Shown here piece by piece: positions 22,660-35,789 of a DNA stretch of 64,000 bases; positions within the stretch are counted from its first letter, which is position 1; each line of letters starts with the position of its first letter. The notes under the pieces were generated by a model that worked only from the letters and a program-made list of their open reading frames with translations, searched no databases and was not told the DNA's origin. The stretch comes from Mytilus californianus. Its lineage: Eukaryota. The stretch is from assembly GCF_021869535.1 (NCBI RefSeq), contig NW_026262690.1, positions 116,932,001 to 116,996,000 of the forward strand, given 5' to 3'. The position numbers were made by a program, and so were the translations under genes.

Positions 22660-23320
22660 GAAAAATCTGCAATTTCAACAACACATGTGGACACAAACAT
22701 GCATGGATAGTATCCAGCTCTCAAGACCAATACTAGTTTGATGAAAAATTTCCTTGATCAATGAGTAGTTAAATTTCAAACTATCAGCAAACAGGAAGTG
22801 GATGTACTGAAGATGTGTTGAAACGACATGAAAATCAGCATATCGGAACGAAACATAAACTTGATCTGTAACTCATCATTGTAGACTCACATATCAAAAA
22901 TCAGCTCAAAATCTGAAGGCGTGTAGAAAAAAAGTCTGTATAACTGTGATTTTCAACCATTTATCAAAGTCCAAAGCCCGTAATTTCGGCAAAATTTAGC
23001 AGAGCGGAACGAAACTTAAACTTGAACTGTTACTCATCATGGTTAACTTACATACCAAAAATCAGCCCAATATCTAAAGGCGTTTAGAAAAAAAGTCCGT
23101 ATAACTGTGATTTTCAACAATTTATCAAAGTCCAAAGCCCGTAATTTCTGCAAAAATAAGCAGAGCGGAACGAAACTTAAACTTAATCTGTAACTCATCA
23201 TGGTTAACTCACATACAAAACATCAGCCGAATATCTGAAGGCGTTTAGAAAAAAAGTCCGTATAATGCATATGGTTTGTTATGGAATGACGGAATGACGG
23301 AATGACAGATTGACGGCGGG
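22660..23320 (-). mobile_element. Truncated HINE-like element with ~161-bp internal repeats and (GGAATGAC)n tract
   Basis: Repeat anchors at 22857, 23018 and 23179; microsatellite at about 23283-23315; terminal hairpin not found. Confidence 0.55.
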
Positions 23321-24835
23321 GCCATAACAAAAGTAAAATTTAGAATTAGGTGCTAATTATCCCTGCAGTTTTGAGGGGTATGTATTGTCATTTAAACAGG
23401 TTAATGTTTGGGATAATGAATTCATTTCAGCGTGAAACAAATATGAATCATGTATAGTATGTTAGTGTTCTGATCAATCATTCCCAATCAGTATAATAGT
23501 TGTGTGAAAGGACGAATGAAAGTAGTTATATTGTATGTCTGTCTTTGTTATGATTTATATGCCTGTTTATGGGGGCCCTGTGATTAGGTTGATAAAAGAA
23601 TTTGCATGAATTTGAATCATTTATTTCAAAAGAAATATAAAAAAACGAAAATAAAAGAAAATTGAAAAAATAATCTGCATGCTTAGACTGTCCGCAGTTA
23701 TGAAGACTGCGTCACAAAGTTGCAGTATATCTACCTTCTTCGATTAAACCATACGCATTGTTAAGCAAACAAACACTTGCCCCCTCCCTCAAAAACCATA
23801 GGATTTGCACTAAGACAAATTTCTTCCAATCTGGCACATTGCAGAATACTACTAGCTCCGTAGCTTCTGTGAATTTATTAATTTTCTTTCTGTATGGCTC
23901 TGCACTGCCTAATGAACCAAACATTGGATCAACCGTCTTGTCAATAAATATCCAACTTAGATGATGAAAGCACATTTTAACGCTCAGATTTTGAGTTGGG
24001 AGAATATAATATTTAATTCGATTTAAATACATTTAATAACCATTTTGGGTACGTCATCTCAATTCTTTTACATAAACAAAAGTGGCATTTTAAGTTTGCA
24101 TCATTCTTGTCTGTAAATTAATGTACTCAATTCAACAGTATTTGGTAATTTGTTGGAACAATTAGTTGTAATTACACGAAAACTCCTTTTTGGTTTAAGA
24201 TTGTAGTATTCCGAGGTATTCCGATTAAATGTGTTGGGAGAAGATGAACTTATGATATAGTATTGAAGATACAATCTTCTTATTTTCTATCTTTATTCAA
24301 TTTATTCATTGGTAATTTATGAATATGCTATAATGTGATAAGATTTCAGCATCATACTTTACGTCACAATATCAAATTAAACCAAACTGGTAATTTTATG
24401 TGATTATTTCATCATCCGATATGATGCGACGGTAACCAAGCAACATATAACTTGACCACCAAATAAAAAAAGATAAATCTTGATCAACGTACGATCTTCA
24501 ATGACTATAACTCACGTGGTTATCTCTATGTTGTCCAAAGTGAGTCAATAATATCGAAATGATCATATCCTGAACTGAATAAATCACTTTTTTTACGTTT
24601 AAAAGTTGAGTTTTTTTATAGCTTAAATGTTTGTATAGATAACACGTGCTCTGAGCTTCGGGCACAGTGTAAGGCTGTTTTCATACATAGTATAGATCAA
24701 GCGATATGAAAATGCTTTCGCTATTTGTACTTCACTAAACCATGTATGCTTCTTTTACTACCGGTCTGGTACGAATGTTTGTACAAGTTGTAAAGATACT
24801 TGACATATGTGATTCTGTTGTCTGTACAGGTGTAT

Positions 24836-25175
24836 AATAAAATGCTTCGCTGAGCGCAGCTGGATACAACCGCAGAGGTCCAACCCCGAAAAGTTGGGAC
24901 AAAAATGGACAAAATATTCGCGCTTGATACAGGTCTGAATTTGGATTGTAATTAAATATTTGACACATAATAGGTTGGTACCATAACCCCTAAAATCAAT
25001 CCCAACCTTCCTTTTGTGGTATTGAACCTTATGGTAAAATTTCTTAGAGATCCATTCACTTAAACTAAAGTTATTGTTCGAAAACCAATGTGTCTTCGGA
25101 CGACGACGACGACGACGACGACGCCAACGTCATACCAATATACGACCGCAAAAATTTTTTGCAGTCTTATAAAAA
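24836..25175 (-). mobile_element. Short internal-deletion derivative (element C) of the element A family
   Basis: Both ends match element A; joined at about 24975 (ATAGGTT|GGTACC) with both tandem arrays missing. Confidence 0.85.
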
Positions 25176-26079
25176 CTGAGGTTTAGACTACGATGTCCCG
25201 AGATACCATATTATATTTTTTTCATTCTGCGCACACTAAAGAATTAAACAAATTCAAGAGGTGTTCGTTTGGCTGTAATTGAGGTAAAGTATTCATGTCC
25301 GGTGCGATTGGCTTTTCTATGAATCAGATGAGAATGCCAGGATCTCTACTTTCAATGGAACCCTTACAACTCTTTCGAAGGTGGGTGTAGGAGGCATAAA
25401 TACGTAGTCAAGTTTGGACTGTTTGCAGACTTTATTCTAGGTAAAAAATAAAAATCTTATTTTAATAAACTGAGCAACAACTAAGCAGCCGAAAGAACGT
25501 AATTCATAGCATGTTGTAGAGCTTATAAAGTATAAACTTCGGGATATCGGTTTAGACATATTTACAAGATTGTATAAAATTTAAGATGGGAAATTTTATA
25601 ACCTTTGTGTAGAAATGACACGAAACAAATTTACTTTGCTCGGTTTCGGCTGGTTCAACTAGCCATTTTTTTCATTTTTTTATTTCGGACTTTAATTCTT
25701 AACATATCTTTGGCGTTCAGTACGTTTGTTAATTCTCATTCCTATCAAACTGGTCCCCGAAGAGTTTCAAGAAACTTTCAAAATGAAGAACAACAATATA
25801 AGAGTTCCTTGCTTTGGTAAGTGGCTATTTCTGTTACTATAAGGGATATCTCAAGAAACTCAGATTCTTTCCAGTTGCATTTGGTTGGATAGAATTTCCA
25901 GTAACAAAGTACATAAATAAGTTCGCTTAGACGAAATAAAGTTAAACAAATAGTTTTTTGCTATGGCGTTGTCAGGGTATTTTCGATACTTTGGTATCTT
26001 TAGCCTCTCTCTCTCTTTCTTTTTTCTTTTTTAAAGAAATCTACATTTACATATTAGTAAGTGTCCTTTTTGTTGTTAG

Positions 26080-26565
26080 GGATGAGGGATTGATAAATAC
26101 CCCGCCACGTCCAGTCTTTGTTTAAGCTTAATGTTTTTCTGCTTCGTTTCGATCTGATGAGTTAAGCCTTTTTCAACTGATTTTTAAAGTTTGTTCTTAT
26201 GTTGTGCTGTTACACCACTGTCCCAGGTTAGGGGAGGATTGAGCCCTCACAACCATGCCTAACCCCGCCACATTCTCTATGTGCCTATCCCAAGTCAGGA
26301 GCCTGTAGTTCAGTGGTTGTCGTTGGTTCATGTCTGTAATATTTGTTTTTCGTAAATTGTTTTGTTATAAATTAGGCCGTTAGTTTTCTCAATTGAATTG
26401 TTTTATATTTTTCATGTCGGGGCTTTTTATAGCCGACTATACGGTATGGGGTTTTCTCATTGTTGAAGGCCGTACTGTTGCCTATAATTGCTTACATTCA
26501 CATTTTTAACTATGGTGGATAGTAGTCTCATTGGCAATCATACCAAATCTCCTTTTTTTTATATA
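26080..26565 (+). mobile_element. Abundant SINE-like dispersed repeat, longest copy in the window
   Basis: Same family at 31578-31850, 44205-44545 and 52425-52625 (+), and 17305-17520, 33990-34270 and 58075-58240 (-). Shared tail GTCTCATTGGCAATCATACCACATCT. Confidence 0.75.
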
Positions 26566-27779
26566 GCTATGGAATGTTGTCTGATAGACATCCATGCATT
26601 CCAAACGATTTGTTATTCTTAATTCCTTTATTTTCTTATTTGCATGGACTGATGACATACTTTACAGATTAAATATTTTGTAAACAATTGCGTCTTTGCC
26701 TTTCCTATTGAGTTTCTGTGTCCCCCTTTTGTAAAATCATAAGTTTTCTTGAACCTATTCTGTTGACCATTTTCACCCTCCCTCTTTTTCTTTTTTAGTA
26801 AAAATCATTATTTTCTTTTTGCCCATCTCCCCTTTGCCAATCTCCCCGTTTTTAAAAATATCATTAGTTTGCCTTAAACTCCTGCCGACCTTCTCTCCCC
26901 CTTTTCTTCTTAAAATCGCTTATATCAGTAAATTATGTTCGTACCACTTCTATGTTTATCCTACAAACACGAGAAATAAATACATTGACAACATGTAAAC
27001 TTTAAAATATTTAATGTAAATAACAGTTTATAATCTGAATGTACACGTCCATGTCGTGTCAATATATCACACCATTTAAGGTTAACCTAAGGAGATTCTA
27101 TAAAATCTGTTAAGAAACATTTATTTCTTACTCAGTTAACAAAGATTGCACATAATACATTTTTTCTTAAAAAAATGAAAAATCGTCAAAAATAAATTTA
27201 CATAAACGCTCTAAGTAGTCAGACCTTAACTCAAGTCTTTAATCACAGTGGTGTCCTAGGTTATACATCGACTAGTTACAATTACAATTATTTTGACTAG
27301 TTAATTTTCATAATTTAAAATCTTTCTAATGATTTAAAAGAATCAGATCTTAAAATTTACAGCAGATAATATACATTACTATTTGCAAGCACCACTTGTA
27401 TGACAAAATTGCACTAACCATTTTTCAATTTGCAAAAAGAGTATTTCTTTTAGTTCTTATACTGTTTCTGTATTATTTTTGGTAACTAAATATATGAAAA
27501 CGGCAATGTTTCAACTCCCAACTGCATATATACAAAATAAACACATTTTGACAACTTTTGTAATACATAAACCCCACGACAGTATTGTCATACATGTAGT
27601 TTATATATGTACATTCTGTGTCCAAGTTTCTTCAGAATCGTTGTAGATGTAATTTACAATGATCTTGTATATATATACAGAGCTCCGCGCTTTTTTTACA
27701 CATGTTTATATTGTATTCTCTGCACTTATAAACAGTGAATCCTTGATATTTTTATACACACAAACTCCTTGTCCAGTGT

Positions 27780-28940
27780 TCATCCAGTGTGTATGGTAAC
27801 CGTTGGACAGACCAATAGATGATTCTGTAACATCGCCTGTAGTTCGTCCCGCTCTTTTCGCAGACGTCTGATCTCTGTCAGTTTCCTCGTATTGTCCGCC
27901 TCTAATTCATTTACTTGCTGTAAATAATAATTATAATTTCAGAAATATATTTACATATCAAAAATCATATGTAAAAAAAAAATACTGATACTTGTTCATT
28001 TGTTATTCTGTTTATATATTTTTTTTTTGGTAAGGTGTTGATGTTTTCATTGTGTTTTTGTATTTTGAGGTGTCAATAATTGTCATTATTTCGGTTGGGG
28101 TCGTTACTTTTATCAAGATGGAGGATGATGAAACTTACTTATAACTTATGGCACCGATTTCCCCTAATTTGCCACATTTTCGTTTAAACCGACGACAACT
28201 TATTCATACCGCACAATATGATGATCAGAATAAGACTCTTAAATTGTCTATAGAAGGCACATATAATTCTATGAAAAAACAGATTATTTTGTTATACATT
28301 ATGTTTACCTTGGCATACACTGGTCCTTTCGCTCGGCGACGTTGACGGAATCGTCTTGCTGCTAGTTTATTCTGTTCTCGTCTTTTAATAATTTTCTCTT
28401 TTTCTTCTTCCGTCAGCTAAAACATTTAATAAGATGAATATAAGTCAAAACGAATATATTTAAGAAAATATTGATAAATTATATGCCGAGATTTGTCAGA
28501 AGATTAAAATATTAATTTCTTTCAATTAAATAGTTTTCAGCAATTTGCTTCCATTTTTTTATCTCACAGTATCTTAACAACCTAAATGATAGTTACAAAT
28601 CTTTAAATATACTATATATAAATACAATAGATAAACATTAACTTACCTGTCCCTGTTCTGGTTCACTGAATTCCACCCCTAGTTCGCCTTGACCATTTGC
28701 CAATCTTCTTGATTGTATGGTATACTTTAATTCCTCTTTTACTAAAGGAGTAATTTCTCCCGTTTCCAAAGCAACTAAAGTAGCTTCCGTAAGGCCGTTA
28801 GTCTGCTTAGAAGGTTTTAACTCAGCATCATAAAATATGGTAGCCTCCATGAACTTATCGGCGTCTTCGGTCTCAATTTCTGACATAGGATAGTTTTCCA
28901 GTGGAGTTATCCACATACTCGGGTAGTCGTATTCTAGCAT
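27780..28940 (-). CDS. ATF3: ATF3/JDP2-like bZIP transcription factor, paralog B, 179 aa; CDS exons 28940-28647, 28416-28309, 27917-27780
   Basis: GT-AG phase-0 introns. ITPLVKEELKYTIQSRRL motif; 108-nt basic exon LTEEEKEKIIKRREQNKLAARRFRQRRRAKGPVYAK; zipper exon QVNELEADNTRKLTEIRRLRKERDELQAMLQNHLLVCPTVTIHTG*. The symbol is family-level. Confidence 0.9.
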
Positions 28941-29117
28941 TATTTACTGTTCATATATTGACATTACTTGCAAAAGTCAATTTAAACTCTTGTGCTATCT
29001 TTTCTTTTTTCTTTTTTATTCATTATTTATCGAACTAACGATGCCATGCTTAATATTTACACGTCTTTATCGTTATGTGGTCGTAGTTCTTATGACTATG
29101 GGATACCCATTCAATCC

Positions 29118-29225
29118 TATTTATACAACCGCATGATTGACTATGACGATTAGTTACTACGTGTTGTGAAATGACATGTAAAGTTAATGGAAACACCTTG
29201 TACGTATTAATAGAAATACTGACGT
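29118..29225 (-). promoter_or_regulatory. Candidate promoter of paralog B
   Basis: TATAAATA on the minus strand at 29118-25; TGACGT half-CRE at 29220-25. Confidence 0.35.
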
Positions 29226-30520
29226 GTGATAGATGTTAGGAGAATTTGTATTAAAGCATTTTTAAAGCAATGACACTTATATCAGTCGAAAATTTATTAA
29301 TGTTGGTATTTTTAATATATGATATTGCACGAATTTATTCAAATGATATCTTTTTCCTGTCTAAAATGACTATTTCAGCCATAGACAGTACGACAACTAC
29401 GTTTACGACAAATCTGTTCCGAATGATACCAAGTTGGGAGAATTTACACTTATCTATTGAATAGGACTATGTATATATAAATTAAAAAAACATTATTAAT
29501 AGACCATAAGTATATTCTTACGAGCAGATGTGAACATGGCATACATTTAAATTACACAATGATTGAAATATGATTAATGAAAAGTAGTTCACAAAATATT
29601 TTATAATGTAATCGATCTTTGAAAATTTCAAGCAGAGTTGAGCTTTTAACACGCTCGTAGCATGTCATTTGGAAGATACCAAAGAAAGTAAAATATTAGT
29701 AACTAGTATAATCAAATATTAAGTTTGGAATTCGATGTAAATTTCACTGTGTTTTTTCATATAAAGTCGGAATTTTCAGTATAGACTTTTAACATTGGGA
29801 CAAACCGTATAGAATATTAAGATGTTAATTTCTTTCTAATAAAAAATCGTAGGAATAAATATTCAAATACTTTTGTATTACAAAGTATAGACTTGAAAGT
29901 TTAGGACAGACGGAGCAATCTTTCCTTTCTATTTTTATGTTTTGATTTTCCTTGGTGGTGCGTTCTGACGGTGGTCCCTTCTTATGCAGGGTGTATTTCT
30001 CAATTAAACATATGGTTCGATATGCGCGGGTTTGCTGTGACATTTCATATATTAATCAGGGTAATATTTTCTTTACTTACAAAATCCTACAAAGGAGTAC
30101 CGGTCAAACCTTTAATGAATTTTATCTAATTGTAAGATGTATAAAGGAATTATCACATTTTTATAGTAGTATAATTTATAAGCTAACAAGTTGAGGAATT
30201 GTCCTTCCAATCTGCCTTTTTTACTTTTAAATAGCTAAAAACTTATCGTTAGATGTTATGATTATATTGCAGTTGTTCATTCATTGCGTCTGGTCCTTTT
30301 TCGCTAATTTATGGTTTAACATTTTCATTATTTTTTTTCTATAAAAATGATGTACAAATATTTTTGGACCATAGAACAGGTCGCGTCTTCCTGTACTAAC
30401 TATGCCATTTTTGAATGAGTTTAAATCACAGTACAACCGCCAATATCAGAGTTCAAGGCCTTCCAAGGTCAAGAATGTTGTCAGTGATTGTCTCATATAT
30501 ATATATATATATATATATAT

Positions 30521-30733
30521 GGTCATCGTAGCGACTACCAATGCAAGCCAGACCTCCCTCTCAGTCGACATTTGAGATCCCCTGGCCACACTAAGGCAGA
30601 TCTCAATCGACTGACCATTACAATCATTGACCACAACTCTGCTTGGTCTAGGGAGGATAGACTCACTCGGGAAAGATTTTGGATAAGAAAATTAACAACT
30701 TTGGCACCAAATGGGATAAATGAAAAGATGTAG
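30521..30733 (+). pseudogene. C-terminal fragment of a Penelope GIY-YIG endonuclease
   Basis: HRSD...PLSRHLRSPGH...L.ITIID...R..RERFWIRKLTTLAPNGIN matches the PLE endonuclease tail pattern. The ORF start MSHIYIYIY is a microsatellite artefact. Confidence 0.85.
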
Positions 30734-31323
30734 TTCGACTCCATGCAGTGCTTCACATTTGGGTTGTATTACTTTTTATTACAGTCTCTGTTTCTATTTC
30801 TTTACCTTACTCATCTCTAAAATAAATCTGTTGAATATACCAATTTAAATTGCTTAATTTTTTGAGGGATGTAAAAGTACCAAGCCACGTTCAACTAGTT
30901 AACCTTAGTCAAAATTTATTATTATATTTTAACGGCCGTTTGTTTGCGATGTTTAAATACGCAGACTCTGTTGCAACTACTCTACCGTTGTCAAATTTGA
31001 AATATTTACAAATTTAGATCGTTCAGTGCTGTTTATTTGGAATTCTTATTGACGCAATCGTTCTTGTAACATCATAACTGTCGTCACCGTTAAAGCTTTA
31101 GAATTGTGCTAGTTCATATCGCACATTATTATTTTTATTTAAAGCATATATTTGAACTCTCTGTTGTAATTAGTCATATAACCTATGTCGTGTTTAACAC
31201 ATATTTAGAATTGTGCAAGCGTCTTACCTGATGTTCGGTTTGACATTTTTATTGTATAAATTTCAAGATTTGTATAGTTTAATCTAAGTAGACTGATATA
31301 TGATTCATTCAACATCACAATCA

Positions 31324-31368
31324 TATTTACTGATGAAGGATATCTGTTATCCGAAATATTTATAAATA
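31324..31368 (+). ncRNA. Minimal type I hammerhead motif in the Penelope 3' region
   Basis: Stem I UAUUUA/UAAAUA; CUGAUGA 31330-36 plus an extra A; stem II GGAUA/UAUCC; GAAA 31353-56; stem III rudimentary and imperfect. Confidence 0.65.
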
Positions 31369-31424
31369 ATTACATTTATAGTTCCTTTTTTTGTTATTGG
31401 TGTTGTTGTGTACACTTTTTAGGC

Positions 31425-31461
<37 letters not shown>

Positions 31462-31577
31462 ATATCGTACTATTTTGTTTTGTCTTCTGTTTTTTTTGTT
31501 TTTTTTTTCTTGTTTAATTTGTTGTTCTGATATTTTATAGACACAGTACTCTCAGATCTGTCCTTTTTTTTTTGTTA

Positions 31578-31850
31578 TAGGGATGAGGGATGGATAAATA
31601 CCCTGCCACGTTCGGTCTGTGTTAATGTTTGATGTTTTTCTGCTTTGTATCGATCTGATGAGTTAAGCCTTTTTCAACTGATTTTTATAGTTTGTTCTTT
31701 TGTTGTGCTGGTACACCTCTGTTCCAGCTTAGGGGAGGGTTGAGCGCTCACAAACATGTCGGGGCCTTTTATAACCGACTATATGGTATGGGTTTTCTCA
31801 TTGTTGAAAGCCGTACGGTTGCCTATATACGAATCAAATTTGTTTATTAT
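31578..31850 (+). mobile_element. SINE-like repeat, same family as 26080
   Basis: Direct alignment by eye with 26080-26480. Confidence 0.7.
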
Positions 31851-33099
31851 AGTGACATTGTGTTTATATACATTATAATAATAATATATGTCAATACAGT
31901 GTTTGTACACCCGGCCCATTGGACATATAACTAAAGTCACTTAAAAATATAAATCTATAAATCATTTCAAAGTAGAATCCTGTAGTTCAAATATTTACAT
32001 AAATGAATTGTCTGCGTTTTGTAAATGCTTGTAAAATATATTTAGCTGTTCTTCTTGGAAAATAAGTAAGTAGTTGTATTAATTGTTCACAATGTGGTAG
32101 TGATAAAAATGTTTCTTTGCCCGGTATGGTAAAGTAAAGTTGCTTACATTCACTTTCTTTAGAGCTGAATAACAATGATGAGAATTGGGTTGACAGAATA
32201 GATAATATTAGGCAAATAAATAAAAAAGAAAAAGAGTTAAAGGAATACCCAGCCCTCTAATCCACACTGACTCTGTATTCACAATAAAAGACCACTAGTA
32301 ACAGCTGAAGGACACATGAGTTGTCTCCCATATATATTAATATTTCACTTGAAATGAAATGAATTACTTCCCTTCTACTAAATATTATTTTACTGGTTAC
32401 AATATTTAATCGAATTGTTGGTAAACATGTAAGAAAATATCAAGGGACAATCAGATTCGAAGAAGCAGAGATAACATAATGGCCAAAAGCAAAAAAAAAA
32501 AAAACAAAACGATTAAAAAGAGTTGGCAATAATAACGCCAACAAAACTATAATAAACAAAAACCCGAAGACTGTGCAAAAAGAAAAGCACCCAATACATT
32601 TAGAAATTCAACAAAAATCATGATTAAAAAACCATGCTGAGGAAGGTTAAAAAGAGAAGTGAAGAATGGACAGTCAGGACAAAGGAATAGCCTTCATAAT
32701 CACAGAATAGTTAGATCAATGGTACAAAAAAAAATTATAGATACAACATGAAATACGTTCACAAATAGGAAATATCCAGCTAGTATGGTTAAACAATAGT
32801 TGAGAAAATCATGGCCATGAAACAAATGTTGATATACAACCCTTCGAAGTCTTTTCTAATCTATTGCCATAAATCTCCGATGATAAAATGACTTCAAAGA
32901 TAAAAGTAAAAAAAAAAAAAACACAATGAATGATATTTATGAATTTGCAGAAAATAATTATTTACATTTTTATCGCGAAATCTATATTTAAAAATGAAAA
33001 TTAAAAAGCAGTATTGTTTGTTTGTCTTGTGAGTTTTGAAAGAAAAGGGATAGTTATGCTAAGCAGCCTCTTTTTTACAAATGCCACTTCCTATTGCTA

Positions 33100-33280
33100 A
33101 TGAAATGAAAACCCATTGACAAGCCACCAAAAAAAAATGGAAACACGTTTTAAAGTGCATGCGTCCGAAGAGCTTTTCTGGATTTAAATTCATCAGGAAC
33201 GCTCAAAGCCGAATATTTGAAAGCCAATGATGTATAAGAACCGAAACAGTTGAAGAGCTATATTACAAAAAAGGACCACA
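33100..33280 (-). mobile_element. Partial retrozyme-like unit (subfamily 1) on the minus strand
   Basis: Reverse complement aligns with 13490-13640. Confidence 0.7.
33161..33202 (-). ncRNA. Type I hammerhead, core intact but stem II weakened
   Basis: Minus strand reads GCGUUC-CUGAUGA-AUUUAAAUCCA-GAAA-AGCUC-UUC-GGACGC. Confidence 0.68.
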
Positions 33281-33989
33281 AGTTGTGTTCAATGAATATC
33301 TTTAGTCAGTGAAAACAAAGGACCTTCGTTTAAAATATGACTGCCAATTGTAGATATTACATGTTTACATTTAAAACAGGTGGGGTCCTAATGAAACGTC
33401 AAATGAAAAATCGAATTTTCCCATATTATAACAATTATACGGTCCACACAGTTTGTTCAACACTGGTGATCAATCTTAGGGAACATGCTTAAACCAAGAA
33501 ATAATAAAAGTATATATAGTCCTAAAGTTTTACATATAAATGAATGAATTTAAAAACACGGAGTAACTTGATCACCTGGATCTTGATTTATAGTTTAATG
33601 GTAAATTAAAATACATTTGTATTCAATCAAAATCTTCTTATTTCCGAATCCTTTTATTCAACTTTATCTTTGTGTGATTATGTATTTGTAATTATGACGA
33701 ATAAGTTTTTTTTTTTATTTGGCTGTTGTCTCTTTGATAAGATTCCCCACTTCCATTCTCAATTCTATTTTGGAAATTTTTTTAAGGAGATTTGTTGACA
33801 TATTTGGGTAAATTGTTCAATACCCGGAAAAGTATTTTAATCTAACGATCACTAGTATTTTCAAGTCTATCTACAGTGCTAATGGAATCAACCCAATTCA
33901 CTTTATTTTATTATCACATGTTCAAAAACATTGATAGGACGATATAACAATGAAGAAATGAAAAACAAATGACTATATATATAAACTTT

Positions 33990-34270
33990 AATAAACTGTT
34001 CCCCAAAAAAAGAAACCTATAAAAATAAGTAGATGTGATATGATTTCCTATGAGACAACTATCCATGTACCAGAAGGGAAATGGCGTGGATTTTAGCCAC
34101 GCTACGGCATTCAACATTAAGGAGCACACCTACCGTAAAGTCACCTCTAAAAGGCGACGACATGACAGAATGTCAAACAAACAATTCAAATGAAAAAACC
34201 ACTGCCTTGTTTTATTACAAAACAATGAACGAAAAGCAGATAAAACAATCGGCAACCAATCCAAGTCAGT
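33990..34270 (-). mobile_element. SINE-like repeat, same family as 26080
   Basis: Reverse-complement match to the shared tail. Confidence 0.6.
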
Positions 34271-34912
34271 CACTGAATTAGAGGCTACTAGCATAGAAAA
34301 GGCACATACAGCTGAATGTGGTGGTGTTCAACATAACCTTCCCCGATTACATAAGCATTACCTAAAGTTTGCATTACCAAATAAAAAGTGTTTCTGAAAA
34401 TGAATTGCACGGATGTAGTATCTGGTAATATAGTTGAGATCGACACTATGACTATGAACACGGCAAAAAAAAAACCAAGAAGCAGCAATTAACAACTAAA
34501 GAAATACAAAAAAGAAAGCTTGTGTATCATTAATTAGATTTCAAACTCTCTATCAGTTGGTTAGAAAGTCCATCACATTTTTGCTTTTTTAGTTACACAG
34601 TGTTTCATGTTAGGAAGGACAAGGGGCGACAATGGCCGTTTATGGCCCCACCCCAAATTTCATTTATTTTGTCATGTTGGAACTATACCACAGACCTTCT
34701 GAAAATGGTGGAATTTTTTTTTTGGTCTAGCTCGTATATTCTGTTGCCTATCAACAGGATAATTGGGGGTGGGGGAGCCTATTATATATCTAAGATCCAA
34801 CCTGTGTTACATGCAGTAAATACACTGTTTAAATATAACACAATGCAATGCACATTTTTTGGCAAAATCATTATCATTTCTCCCTAGCAACAAATCTTTG
34901 CCCGGCAAACAC

Positions 34913-35290
34913 CGGCTGGAAATGGTACAAAGAAGAGCAACAAGATACGCAGTCACTAACAGATATCACAACACCTCATCTAACATTCTTTAGCCTTACC
35001 CCGGCAACTCTAACGGAAAACCCTTGAAGATCGTAGGAAAGTATCAAGACTCACAATGATGTACAAAATGACAACGGGATGGGTAATGTTGATACAGAAA
35101 ACATTCTCACTCTACCAGACAGACTATCCCGTAACATAAAAATCAACGGTTTCCAAGCACCATCGTGTAGAACAGAAGTGAGGAAAGAATCGTTCTACCC
35201 AAGAACGACTATAGACTGAAACGCACTACCACTTACCGCCACCAGTGCAGGTAGTCTTGAATGTTTCAAGACTCACCATCAAGTGTACAA
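34913..35290 (+). mobile_element. 3' fragment of a CR1/L2-type LINE ORF2 (disrupted)
   Basis: Translates in pieces as RLEMVQRRATRY...LEDRRKVSRLTMMYKM...RTEVRKESFYPRTTID*NALP...SLECFK, with frameshifts and stops. Confidence 0.8.
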
Positions 35291-35789
35291 AAAAAATTGC
35301 AAACGTGACATTGGTAAAACCACGAAATCAAGTGTCCACGAAAATGAAACTTGTCTTCAGTCCACGGAAATTCGTATCCAGTAAAATAAGTCACAGACGT
35401 GTTGCGTCGTATTGACGCAACACGAATTTCATTTTTCATGTTAAATCATTTTTGGATTTCCTGTCCTCAAACTATGTATACATTTCCAATTTTCATAATT
35501 GTGTTGATTCCCTCGAGTTCATTAAGTACTAGTTCATCTATTGAGTATTAGTTGCTTCATCCCTTTATTATTTCTAACTAACTTATTATGTCAACGATAG
35601 ACTGATGCAGCATTTTGTCATGATACCAACATAGACCAAATTAAACCGAGAGTATTGTTGCCCCATTTGAGGAAATTCTTTATTGAATTTGACAGAAACA
35701 CATTTTATTCTAAGATAGTTTTGACTATTAGAATCAAGGTAATAGTTGAATATGATTTACGCATATATTGGTACTGGACAGCAAGAAAG

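Larger units (their letters stand above)
30521..31427 (+). mobile_element. 5'-truncated Penelope-like retroelement flanked on both sides by (TA)n
   Basis: GIY-YIG endonuclease C-terminus, then a 3' non-coding region with a hammerhead motif; (AT)n tracts at 30495-30520 and 31428-31459. Confidence 0.85.

Noticed and set aside
23712-24032. 106-aa ORF containing FTEATELVV, superficially like LTEATLVAL of paralog B
   Set aside because: The match does not extend to the KEELKxTIQSRR motif.
26154-26175. CTGATGAG motifs at 26154 and 31655, plus CTGATGA at 15003 and 16859
   Set aside because: No GAAA or helices at the required spacing; the first two are part of the SINE-like repeat.
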